Source: Eledone cirrhosa
Lineage: Eukaryota
Direction: 5' to 3'
Assembly (NCBI GenBank): GCA_964016885.1
Contig: OZ024742.1
Span: 346,332,001-346,396,000, forward strand
Length of the DNA stretch: 64,000 nucleotides
A model generated the notes under the pieces. It was not told the DNA's origin, made no database searches, and saw only the letters and a list, made by a program, of their open reading frames with translations. This document shows, piece after piece, positions 52,235 through 64,000 of this stretch. The translations under genes and the position numbers were made by a program. Position 1 is the first letter of the stretch. Every line of letters begins with the position of its first letter.

Positions 52235-53980
52235 TTGTCCTGGTGTTTGTGTCAGGTAAGGTTTTGACGGTGAGGTTTTTCTCCTATCGTTTTGACCGAT
52301 GGGTTTTATCCGGTGAGGTTTTGTCCGGTGGTTTTGTCCAGTGAGGTTTTTGTCCTGTGGGTTTTGTCCTGTGGATTTTATCCGGTGGGGTTTTGTCCAG
52401 TGAGGTTTTTGTCCTGGTGTTTTTGTCTGGTGGGGTTTTGTCCGGTGAGGTTTATATCGTGGAGTTTTTGACCGCTGGGTTTGACCAATGAGGTTTTTCC
52501 GGTGGATTTTGTCCAGAGAAGTTTTGCACTCGAGGTTTTTGTCAGTTGAGAATTTTCTCCCGTGAGGATTTGTCCGGTGGAGTTTTGCCCGGTGGGTTTT
52601 GACCAAGGAGGTGTTGTCCGGTGGGGTTTTGTCCGGAAATGTTTTCTCCAGTGGGTTTTGTCCTGTGAGGTTTTTCTCAGCTGGGAATTTTCTCGAGTGA
52701 GGTTTTATGCGGTGGGGTTTTGTTCGGTGATGTTTTTGTCCTGGAAACTTTGTCTGGTTGGATTTGTCCAGTGCGTTTTGTTCGGTGGGAAATTTGTCTG
52801 GTTTTGCGCGTAGAGTTTTTGTCAACTGGACATTTTGTCCGGTGGGATATTTCCAGTAGGTTGTGTATGTGGGTTTCGTCCGGTGATGTTTTGTCCGGTC
52901 AGTTTTTTGTCAGCTGAGAAATGTGTCCAGTGAGGTTTTGTTCGATTGGGTTTTATCCGGTTGTTTTGTGCGGTGGGGTTTTTCGTCCGGCTTGTGTCCG
53001 GTGGGTTTTGTTCGGTCCGGTCAGTAAGAAAATTTGTTTTTTATGATTAGTTTTGTCCGGTGGGGTTTTTCGTCCGGTGTGGTTTATCCGGTGAGATTTT
53101 GTCCTTGCGTTGTTGTCCGGTATGATTTGTCCGTGAGGTTTTAGTCAACTGGAGATTTTGTCCGGTGGCATTTTGTCTGGTGGGGATTTTTCCGGTGGTT
53201 TTTTTCCGGTGGGGCTTTGTCCGGTTGCCTTATGTCCAGCGGAGTTTTGTCTGGTAGGGTTTTGTCCAGTGAGGAGTTTGTCCGATGCGTTTGATCGGGT
53301 AGTATTTTGTCAGCTGGGAAATTTGTTCGGGGGAGTTTTATCCAGTGGGGTTCTGTTTGGAGTATTTTGTCCGGTGGGTGTTTGTCCGGGGAGGTTTTTG
53401 TCCTGGAGGTCTTTGTTTGGGTGGCTTCGTCCGGTGATGTTTTACCCGGTAGAGTTTCTTACTGGGAAATTCGTCCGGGGATGTTTTGCTCGGTGGAGTT
53501 TTGACTAGAAATGTTTTGTCCGGTGAGGTTTTTGTCAGCTGGGAAATGTGTCCGGTGAGGTTTTGCCCGGTTGGGTTTTGTCCGGTGGGGTTTTGTCTAG
53601 TGGGCTTTGTCCGGTGGCGTTTTGTACTGTGAGGTTTTTGTCCGATAGATTTTTGTCCTAATACTTTTGACTGGTGGGCTTTGGTCGTTGGGGTTTTGTC
53701 CGGTGATTTTCATCTTACTATTTTCGTCTTGGTGTTTTTGTCTGGTGGTGTTTTGTCCGCTGAAATTTTTGTTATTGTGTTTTTGTCTAGTGTTGTTATT
53801 GTCTGGTAGGTTTTGTCCGGTGGGGTTTTGTCTGATGTTTTTGTCGTGGGTTTTGTCTAAAGAGATTTTCCTCCAGGTGTTTTTGTGTTTTGTGAGATCT
53901 TTTTCCTGGTGGGTTTGTCTGATGGGGGGGGGGGGTAGGGTTTTGTCCTAGTGTTTTCTCCGGTGAGGTTATCGTCCGTG
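52235..53980. repeat. Degenerate 15-16-bp G/T-rich tandem repeat (GGTTTTGTCCGGTGG)
   Basis: Motif recurs throughout about 1.7 kb; explains the KTPP/HRTKP pseudo-ORFs. Confidence 0.9.
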
Positions 53981-54215
53981 TTGATTTTGATTATATTACA
54001 ATAATATTTCTATTTTATGACGATACTTCCTAAAATAGATTAACAACATTGTTTACTGGATTGGTTTTGCACATGAAAAGTCAGCACTTGATCGTGTTAT
54101 TCTCATGATAAATTACGATATCTCAGTCTGGAGGACGAAGAAGAACGCTGCTTCAATACAAGAATAGAGAATAAAATAAAGAGAGATGGGGAGAGTAGAA
54201 TTGATATATCATAGA

Positions 54216-54297
<82 letters not shown>

Positions 54298-54410
54298 CAA
54301 TAATGGTGTAGTAATGCAGATTTAAAAGTTTACAGCTATCACCACTCACGAATACTTATAAACACACGCTCACATGCGCACATCCACACATTTATAATAT
54401 ATATATATAT

Positions 54411-54614
54411 ATTAAAATAACAGAATAAAGTTTAAGCAAAGAATCGCTGCTTTCACCCTTAACGATAAAGTATCGTCTTCCTGTCTTCCTTCGGTTGCAA
54501 CGTTTTTTGAAATATTTACTTCTGCGTTCACAGATTGACTTTTTTAGTTTCAGAAGATCCCGTTAAGAATGAAAGCAGCGATTCTTTACTTAAACTTTAA
54601 TCTGTTATTTTAAT
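54411..54614. repeat. Inverted repeat (54-bp arms) formed by a CAGAAGA-hammerhead module
   Basis: 54411-54464 is the reverse complement, with a few mismatches, of 54561-54614. Confidence 0.88.
54546..54596 (+). ncRNA. CAGAAGA hammerhead-like motif, second copy (stems II and III decayed)
   Basis: AGTTT-CAGAAGA-tcccgttaagaat-GAAA-gcagcgattctttac-TT-AAACT. Confidence 0.45.
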
Positions 54615-54718
54615 AAATATTTTCTCTACAGTTCTTATATATCTGATATATATTTATCCTTATCGAGCCCTCTTTGCATTTTATTCTTCAAATTTATTAT
54701 TATTAATATATATATATA

Positions 54719-54856
<138 letters not shown>

Positions 54857-54978
54857 TGATGGTAGCTAAAATGCTTTCATAGGCGGTATGCCGGTTGAGC
54901 ACTCTATGCTCTTACAGAGCAGAGTATGATATAATAGAAAACGAAAGATCAGTGATGCATCTGAACTCAATTTATTGT

Positions 54979-55016
54979 GTGTTACAATTGTTTCGCTGGC
55001 GAACAGCTCGAGACGC
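54979..55016 (-). ncRNA. Degenerate hammerhead (2-nt deletion in the first core box)
   Basis: Minus strand: gcGT-CT..CGA-GCTG ttcgc CAGC-GAAA-CAATTG-TA-ACac. Confidence 0.55.
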
Positions 55017-55444
55017 GATCATTGTATAGATCTGTCTGATTCTGGACCCGCTTGAGAGTGGTGGGTATGTATTTATATATATACATACATACATACATAC
55101 ATACATACATACATACATACATACATACATACATACATACATACATACATACATACATACACATGTATATATACACATATATATATACATGTATACATAT
55201 ACATATATGAGATTACAAGATAAATCTAAATCAAAACATCTTAAATATGGTTTAAATATAAAATATAACGATTAAATAAAGAGAAAAAATAGACTGCACA
55301 TACACAGTAAAGAGAAATAGGAAGCGGCTCTATTAAAATTATTACTTTAGAGAAATGCTAACTCTGTCTTAAATGTGGTTACTTTTCAATTGATATTCTC
55401 TCAATGGAATGAAGAAAAGTGACTAGGTGAGAGAAGTGCTACAA

Positions 55445-55670
55445 ATAGAGCCTGTTCTGGAGAGATATAGAGCCGGGGATGAAGGTTCTGGAGAGATATA
55501 GAGCCGGGGATGAAGGTTCTGGAGAGATATAGAGCCGGGGATGAAGGTTGTGGAGAGGAATAGAGTCAGAGATGAATGTTGTGAAGAAATATAGGACCTG
55601 TGGTGAAGGTTGAGAAGAGAAATAGAGCCTGCGGTGAAGGTTGGGAAGAGAAATAGAGCATGTGGTGAAT
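55445..55670. repeat. About 31-bp purine-rich tandem repeat, decaying rightward
   Basis: agagatatagagccggggatgaaggttctgg at 55461 and 55492, plus diverged units. Confidence 0.8.
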
Positions 55671-55984
55671 GGTGTGAAGTGAAAGGGAATGAGAGAAATG
55701 GGTCATGTGTTGAAGAAGAAAAAAGCAACTAGGAGAGAGGGGTGATGGCAATAGAGCCAAGGATAAAGAGAACAAAAACGTATTTTTAAATCTTATCTTA
55801 TTGGACCACATAATTTAGAATGGCAAAGAAACTGACTGAATATATCACTACTTGACAGAAGGAAAAGACAAGGAAGAAAGAAAAGGAAAAAAAAAGCAAA
55901 GGAAGAGACACTTAACATATGAGCCCCTGCCCCCATATCTGATCACAGTTGATTTCTTCCAGAGAATGAGAGAAAGCGTAGAGA

Positions 55985-56662
55985 AAAATTCGATCCCAAG
56001 AACTAGTCTAATATATTTTTTACCGACCTTGAAAAGATAAAATGTAACATTGGACTCGACGGGATTTGAACTCAGAGTACAGAGAACCAGACCGAATACC
56101 GCATGGCATTCTATCCGACGTTCTAACCACTCTGCCACTTCAATGACTCTTCCATTCATCTGTACTGATAAATGGAATCAAATGTAAAAAAAAAAACATT
56201 CAACTCTTGATAAAGTCGTTGAGGTTCCGTCCTAAAATACGACATGTCTCGGCCATTTTAAAAATGGTGAAGCCCAAACCTCACTATGTCTGAACACAGC
56301 CGATTTCTTCCAGAGAATGAGAAAAATAGAGAGCAGGGAATCCGAGAGAGAAGGGGCCAGAGAGGAAGAATCGACCCCAGTACTGATCAGGGGATTTATT
56401 TATCAGCCTCGAAAGGATGAAAGGTAAAGTTTATCTTAGTGGGATTTGAAGTTAGAGCGTAGAGAACCGCAACGAATACTGCGGAGTATTCTATCCGACG
56501 TTCTAACGACTCTGCCGATGTGTGTAAAACATCCATTTATCAACATTAAATGGATGAAAGGTAAAGTTGATCTCGACAGGATTTGAACTTAAAGTGCGGA
56601 GAACCGCGACAAATACCGCGAAACATTCTATCTGACGTTCTAACCACCCTGCCAATTCGCTG
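55985..56662 (-). mobile_element. Cluster of three diverged family-1-like SINEs
   Basis: Repeated gatttgaac..agagaacc..aatac..attctatccgacgttctaac..ctgcc at about 56060-56137, 56440-56517 and 56578-56655. Confidence 0.7.
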
Positions 56663-57072
56663 TTTCATTGGGAAACTATGTAGAGTTTATAACAAATATC
56701 ACGTGTGTGAAATGTTTGTACGCGTATATACATAGATATCTATTTGTTTATTTATATATTTAATTCAAACGTTCGTATAGAGCTAGTTAGACTTCACAAA
56801 CTAGGGGAAGTATTGAGTACTCCTTACAGTTGGTAATCAAAAAGAGCTAGTGAGACAAGTAATAAAATCAAATAACATTTGAAATATTGAAGGTGACCAA
56901 TAGGATGGAAGATTGAGTCATAAGAAAATGATAAAGGAATGGAAAATAGGAAAGATGGGGAGTGTAAAATTGCTAGGAGTTCTGTATATATATATATATA
57001 TATATGTATATGTATATGTGTGTGTATGTGTGTGTGTGTGTACGTATATATGTATATATATATATTTATATG

Positions 57073-57104
<32 letters not shown>

Positions 57105-57214
57105 AATATGTGTGTGTGTGTGTTTGTGTACGTATATATGTATATATATATGTGTGTGTGTTTGTGTGTGTGTGTGTTTGTGTACGTATATATATGTATA
57201 TATATATAACTGTA

Positions 57215-57281
<67 letters not shown>

Positions 57282-57690
57282 ATATGGGGGTGGGGCATGC
57301 GTTTGCAATTGCAAGGATGGAAACGACTAAAAAAACGTTGTTATTGTTGCTATTGATTGTTTGTTTGTTGTTGTTGTTATCGTTGCTGTTGATTGTTTGT
57401 TGTTGCTGTTGTGTTTAGTATTCTTGTGATGGGGAGGACATTATATAATCGTATCTGAACTTATCTACCGCCACCCTCCACCCTCCCCGCTGCCGCCATA
57501 GTTTGGAATGGTAAAGAAATTGACATAATAAATCTCGATTTAACAGAAGACATCAATAAAAAGAAATTAATGATATAGAAGAGAGTGAAACGGGTTAGAG
57601 ATTTGGTTGTTGTTGTTGTTATTGTTGTCTTTTTCAGTGGTTTTAATATGTGTATATGTATATATATGTGTATATATACATATATATATC

Positions 57691-57765
<75 letters not shown>

Positions 57766-58700
57766 TCAGCGAGAATCGTATTTCGGCGGGTAGAAATAAG
57801 CAAAACTCAATTTCCGATTTGTGTGGCAAGCGCTCCATGGACCAAAAGAGACCAGAGCAATAAACATAGGTTATAAAGGCCATACAAACTGAGACGGCAG
57901 TTAAGAAGCTATCAGCCACCTAAGCCAAAAAAAACGAAGCAAGCTAAACGGATCAAACAAAATAAATGAATGAAAAATTTAACCGGACCCTCGGAAATGA
58001 TGGTATAATCCAGTACAGGGTTTCTGCGACACCTAAATCAATAATACTGTCTGCTTAAAAAAATAAGCCTTTGGTGTAATGATCAAACAAGGATATCATT
58101 TTCTCAACAGGTATTTTGTTCGGCGCCAGCGTTTTGAATCTCACAGTGTTTTGAAAGCACATGTGTAACTCTACAGGGGAGAAAACCCCAAATTTTGGCA
58201 AATGAATTCAGTATGTGTAATCGATGCAAAAATTGCAAAAACAACGCAAATCGAATTAAGCTCTCGACCGGGTAGTTTTTAAAATAAACTTAAGCAAGTA
58301 ATCAATTAATTGTCTCTGTTGTTTCTGTATGTTCTTCTGTGTGCCACTATGTTGCTACTGTTGTTGTGGTTGCTTGTTATCGCTGCTAGGTTATGACATA
58401 TTCCAATAGAAGTTCTCGATTGTCTGGTTGTTCTTATCTTACTAATCGTCTGAAAGATTATTCTTATAGTAATTTCATATAATTGTTCTACATTTTTGTA
58501 TTGAACCACAAAGTTACTAAGACAAAACCTATATCTTGCTAGCGTAAGTATACATCTGCAGACTAAGATGTGGGACCAAAAGATCACATGTATGTAAAAC
58601 AACACATAATACATGTAATATACATATACATATATAAATATACGCATATAAGTATACATATATATATATGTATATACAAATATATATATGTATACATATG

Positions 58701-58783
<83 letters not shown>

Positions 58784-58851
58784 CACACAAATATACATAT
58801 GTATAAATATAATATATATATGTGTGTGTGTGTTTACACACACACACACAC

Positions 58852-58897
<46 letters not shown>

Positions 58898-59103
58898 TTA
58901 TATATATATATCTATATATATGTATATATATATATATATATATACATATTCATATATATATATATATATATACATATGCGCGCGCGCGCGTGTGTGTGCG
59001 TGTGTATACATATGTGCGTGTGTTTTCTAGTTATATTTTTTTACGTGTTTTCGTATGAGATCATTGCAGTTTGTTTGATGCAGTCTTTAACACATAACTT
59101 CAC

Positions 59104-59144
59104 CAGCAGCGTTTCGAAACCTTCACTGTCGCATCTTCAGACTG
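59104..59144 (-). ncRNA. Heavily degenerate hammerhead-like motif
   Basis: Minus strand: CAGT-CTGAAGA-tgcGAC agtgaag GTTtc-GAAA-cgct-GCTG; stem II and the UH site are damaged. Confidence 0.35.
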
Positions 59145-59607
59145 AAGTGATATTGGTGTCTGTTGCTGTCTATTTATAATAGACAGAGACAATGTCTTCG
59201 GTACTGCCGGAATTATAATGTATATATCAAATTGGTCATTAGTAGATTATTCAGTTTTTATAAATGAAAATCACACATTGAGAAATATAGATAAACTGCC
59301 CCAAATACTTCATAAAGAAAAAAGGAACCATCGACTTTCGTCAAATCGGACCGAGGAAACAATGTTTCCATTGATCTTTCCAATTGCTAATACTATCTAT
59401 TGGTCGCATCTCCTGGTAGAAGGAACAACGTTAAATAAAGTGTCTTGCTCAAGGACATAACGCATCGCCCGTTCGGGGAATCCAACTCACAACCTCAAGA
59501 TTGTGAATCCAATTCTCTAACCACTCAGCCACACGCCTTCTACACTTCATAAAATAGACCATAACATACCTTACACTATGAAATAACACTAATAATGTAC
59601 TACATAA

Positions 59608-59608
<1 letters not shown>

Positions 59609-59638
<30 letters not shown>

Positions 59639-60222
59639 CTTCTTCTTCTTCTTCTTCTTCTTCTTCTTCTTCTTCTTCTTCTTCTTCTTCTTCTTCTTCT
59701 TCGCCCACTTATTCCCGGGAGGGTCGTAGGAGCAGAGTCCACAATCACTCTTTCCATCAGGTCCTGTCAGAAGCAACAGTCTCCAATTGATCTGGTAAGC
59801 TCCCCGAGCGAGACCAGCCGAGTTCATACATGTTATCCAACCACCTTGTTAAGGAGTCTACCCTTGGACCTCCTGGTTTTGCCCGTAAAATCTGTCCAGC
59901 GATTCTTTCTCGAGACATTCTAACCACATGCCTATAGTATCGGAACCAGGCTCTACCTAGAGTAACACTTTCATCTCCGAACTACGCACTCTATTGAATA
60001 AAGTTACTCCAAAGACACTTCAGAGGAACCCCATATCGGCCGTTTGTATTCACGAACGTATTATTTCGGTCATTAACCAAAATTTATGACCATAGGTAAG
60101 GGTTGGCATAAATACCGAATTGAAGACAGTGACTTTGGCTGTCACACCTACCTCCCTTTTCCCATTACTGAATGCTGAAGCTGGCGCATTACTGGACCAG
60201 CTTTTTCAATTCTTATACTTAA
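59609..60222 (-). pseudogene. 3' end of an RTE-clade LINE with a (GAA)n tail
   Basis: Minus-strand translation FNSVFMPTLTYGHKFW..IQTADMGFL..VRS..RYYRHVVRM..RWLD, with stops; followed directly by (GAA)n at 59609-59702. Mostly absent from the ORF track. Confidence 0.8.
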
Positions 60223-60984
60223 TTCAGCCCCCCTGTCTTCCATCACTCGTGAACACAACTCCGAAATGATGAAAGACAAAATTGACCTCGACGAGAATTG
60301 AACTCAGAGATCTGGAACGAAGACCACAAAGTAGTTTATCCGACTCTACCAATTCTCCACCTGCTATCTCTATCACTAAGTCTAAATCATTTATAAATTC
60401 CCATTTCACAGCTGGATATCAACAGGATTTACATCACTTTTGGAAAATCTACACACATTTTGACTTTGTTTCTCACAAGTACAATTTCACACACACATTA
60501 TTTCTGTCGTGTAAAACATCTACGACACTAGAGAGGGGATGGTAAGAGTGTGTGTGAAAGAGAGAGGGCGGATATGGGGAGAGAGAGAGCGGGGTGGTGG
60601 TAGTGATTTGAACACTTTATGGAAAGGGGATGGTGTGTTTGTGTGCGTGAGAGAAAGAGAAATACAAAAAGATAGAAAGAACGAAAGAAATAAAGAGTGA
60701 GAGAGAAAGAGAGAGGGAAAGAGAGAGAGTGAGAGAGAACTAAAAGAGGAATGACGTCGATCAAGCTGTATATAGGAAATAGTGTGAGAGAGCACGTGAG
60801 AGAAGAATTATTTTTACGACAAACATCCTCAATTTTTTTGTTCGTAGTTTATATTTATTTGGTTAAACATAAACACAAAAGAGAGCAGCATTAGAAAGAA
60901 CTATAAATGCCATAGATGAGGGGGGGGTGAGGACTATTAGACAAAGAAAGACAAAAAGGAAGAAGGGGAGAGGGTGACAGATCT

Positions 60985-61365
60985 ACACCTCGGTCAGACC
61001 GCTGTTTCGGTTACGCCCCGCAGACAAAATAGTAATGTTATTTCCGCGGACAATGGCCAGTGACAAACACTGTAACAGCCAACCCCATCTCGCGGGGCTC
61101 CTTCGTCAGGCAGGCTGCTATTTATCCGATCTTAGGGAGGTCAGATGTCCGGGGTCCGAGGACGCCTAAGGTCTCGACGGACAAGCTCCGGTATTTACTT
61201 GTCTTCCTGTCTTCTGCATTGTGAGTGTCGTGGTACCGGGGTTTGTACCTGAGGTCACTAAGTTGAAGACAATAACGTGTCACAGCACGCCACAGTCCAA
61301 GTGAGAGATTTACCTCCTTCGAAAGGGGAGAGGGTAATTCGGTCAGGGAGCTTACCGTCACCACA
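60985..61365 (-). pseudogene. Second CRE-like C-terminal fragment, degraded
   Basis: AEDRKTSKYRSL-SVETLGVLGPRT; similar to the 35830 fragment. Confidence 0.55.
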
Positions 61366-61492
61366 GATGAGTAAAATATTCTATTTTGGTAGTTTCAATA
61401 TTTTTATTCGACATATTTTGTTGTGTTGTATCTCTATATATAAAATTATTTGTCTCTCTCTCTCGCTATATATAAATATATATATATATAAA

Positions 61493-61542
<50 letters not shown>

Positions 61543-61625
61543 CATATATATATATATAGGAACATATATATATATACATATATATATATACATATATATA
61601 TATATAGGAACATATATATATATAC

Positions 61626-61710
<85 letters not shown>

Positions 61711-61983
61711 CCTATGCATTCTCTAACGGCTGGGCCAAATCAAATCAAATATTAGACCCCGGGAGTGTCAACATGTAATTTTTATTTTCATTTGGATTAA
61801 AACAATATAATATTTATATATCTAAAACAGAGAATGTCTGTATGTCTGTCTGTCTGACTCCCTAAAACTCGAGAACCACTCAACCGATTTTTTTCAAACT
61901 TTACGCATGTAAGTGTGAGTGTTTTGAGCAAAAAATATTTCAAATTTTCAATGCCCTAAAGATCGCATTAGGCGCCGGTTAGC

Positions 61984-62073
<90 letters not shown>

Positions 62074-62310
62074 AGTCTGTCTTTTTAGATAGATACATAG
62101 CTATAACGTCGCGCCCTTATAATATCTGTCTGTATGTCTGGCTGTCTGCATTACGACATTATGACAAATATTGTTCTCATTGCTGACGTATTATCTTCGC
62201 TATTTTCCGTTCATTGCCAGAGAACATCTTCACGAACCAAAGTATCGTCTTCCTGTTTTCCTTCGGTTGCAACGTTTTTCGAAATATTTACTTCACAGAT
62301 TGATTCTTTT

Positions 62311-62361
62311 AGTTTCAGAAGATCTCGTTAAGGCTGAAAGCAGCGATTCTTTGCTTAAACT
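62311..62361 (+). ncRNA. CAGAAGA hammerhead-like motif, third copy
   Basis: AGTTT-CAGAAGA-tctcgttaaggct-GAAA-GCAG cgattct TTGC-TT-AAACT; 62239-62380 matches 54467-54615; ends in (AT)n. Confidence 0.48.
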
Positions 62362-62372
62362 TTAATCTGTTA

Positions 62373-62478
<106 letters not shown>

Positions 62479-62788
62479 GTTCAAGAGTAACCAATCTTAA
62501 AGAGAGAGATTGAGATAGTAGAGGAGATATGAGAGGAAAGATTGGTGAGTTAGTTAGAAGCCAAAGCGTAAAGGCATGTGCTCAATGTGCAATATGCAGT
62601 AGAAAGCAGCTAGGTGGCTGGGTTCATGCAGAGGTTAGGTGCGCAGAGCTGGAAATATTCATTAGTTAAGCAAAACAAGACCACAAATTTCACAAGGAAG
62701 ACATTATTAAAAGATTGTCAACATATTTAGTTTAATGTAAGGAATGTAGAGAATAATAATAATAATAATATTAATAATAATAATGCCC

Positions 62789-62909
62789 GTTTACAATTGT
62801 TTCGCTACTCCGTATAATATTTCTTGATCAGATGACTATATATCATAATTGATCTGGTTCAGTTGAAAATAATTAACATATTTAAAAAAACAGAGTGGCT
62901 CATCGGAAC
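62789..62909 (-). ncRNA. Hammerhead motif (core CCGATGA, stem II domain of about 95 nt) downstream of the Penelope-like ORF
   Basis: Minus strand: GTT-CCGATGA-GCcACTCTG...CGGAGTaGC-GAAA-CAATTG-TA-AAC. Confidence 0.62.
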
Positions 62910-63276
62910 TCAAAGGAATATAAATTAAAATAATGTTACATAATATAATGTTCCATATATTAGTTTTTACTATGGTGCCTTTGTTTCATCAGCTGTCAGC
63001 CATAATCAAGCAGTACTCATCTGTCGAGGCTGCATTGTGTGAGATCTGCCTATGGGTAACAAGATGGCTGCCAAAGGGCATATTTACCTTACAAATTAGA
63101 GGGTGGTTTCAGGGGAAGTAACTTCTCGAGAGATTAGAGATTGTGTGTATTTTATAGTTATGTGCTAGTATTTAAATTATTTAATTGAGAGACAATGTAG
63201 GGGAGGTAACTTATAATTATCGAGTTGTTCATAGCAATTTAACTTATTAGCTACAATTAGAGATGGGGCTACATGA

Positions 63277-64000
63277 CTAAGTTGGGTCAAAAACTCTATT
63301 GGAGAAGGAATTAGCCCTTCGACGTTGACAGCTAATGGTTACTTCCGTTCTATCGTTAATTGGTAGAGGTCTTGATAGAGTTATGTAATATGCTTCCGTA
63401 ACACAGAGATCACAAGATTTCCTTCGTCCATTGAACGGTTGGGCCCTAGCTACGATATCCCATTTTAGTGAGTGTTGAACTTTGTTTAATTTAAGGTTTT
63501 TAATGAGCCTAGCTAGCGATGTCGAACATCTGTTGCTAGGGTCTCGGAAGGAAAAAGAGTGCGCGTTATAGCGTACCTTAAAAGGGTTAGAGGTAGACCC
63601 GATATAAGAGCTGGTATTCAAAGCAGTCTCAACTGTGCACCTATAGAATATGTTGGGTGTCAGGCAGTGTCCATTTAATGGGCATTCATTGGGGTACCGG
63701 CAGTTGCAGTTGCTTCTGCGGTTAGTGAGAGTAGGGTTATTTAACCTAAGCAGTTGGTCTGTGTTAGAAGGATTAGATGGGGAAGGTGTGCTACTAAAGT
63801 AATTATTGGTGTAGTGGTGTGGTGTATTTGATAGGGGTGGTGGTACCGCGGTGAGGGAGTTATAGTGTCTTAGCTTATGATGGTTACTGAACACGATGTG
63901 GCTAGCTAGGTTAGGTGTAGTGGAGAATGAGATTTTTATGTTGTTTTTATTAAAGAGTTTGTAATATCTATGGTTAGGAGGGAAGTGTTTGGATAGGATA
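63277..64000 (-). mobile_element. Penelope-like retroelement, C-terminal GIY-YIG endonuclease region (continues beyond the window)
   Basis: CNCR..CPLNGHCL..IFYRC..YIGST..FKVRY..H..SF..CDLC..E..IND R..E; preceded by IKISFSTTPNL-type linker sequence. Confidence 0.92.

Noticed and set aside
52166-53951. Lys/Pro/His-rich or Phe/Val/Gly-rich ORFs
   Set aside because: Products of the degenerate 15-16-bp repeat.
61810-62130. Possible further non-autonomous Helitron (5'-like tatatatctaaaa..gtctgtctg)
   Set aside because: No 3' hairpin or CTAG end was found, so boundaries cannot be supported.
62960-63030. Minus-strand CAGATGA/CTGATGA..GAAA words near the Penelope-like ORF
   Set aside because: Stems I and III cannot be paired.

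Overview
Gene-free, repeat-dominated animal DNA. The SINE set, microsatellite density and Penelope/Helitron/R4/RTE content suggest an octopus-like mollusc (inference, no database check). Bases 1-12.5 kb are a 46-bp satellite with higher-order duplications. The rest is a patchwork of tRNA-derived SINEs, non-autonomous Helitrons (tandem and nested), a 5'-truncated Helitron RepHel gene, restriction-like-endonuclease non-LTR fragments (R4/Dong-like bounded by (TACA)n, and CRE-like), an RTE 3' end, a Penelope-like GIY-YIG ORF at the right edge, a 41-bp minisatellite and many simple repeats. Most ORFs in the supplied track are microsatellite artefacts. The main signal outside the ORF track is 17 hand-folded type I hammerhead ribozyme (HHR) motifs from many unrelated sequence families: 7 with canonical cores, 4 with variant cores (one UUGAGAA, three CAGAAGA) and 6 degenerate. 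They lie in short non-coding modules, mostly next to (AT)n or (GT)n tracts, several inside long fold-backs or a direct-repeat unit, and one lies just downstream of the Penelope-like ORF. There is also a candidate HDV-like ribozyme at the 5' end of a zinc-finger non-LTR fragment. All structures were paired by eye and none has been tested computationally or biochemically.
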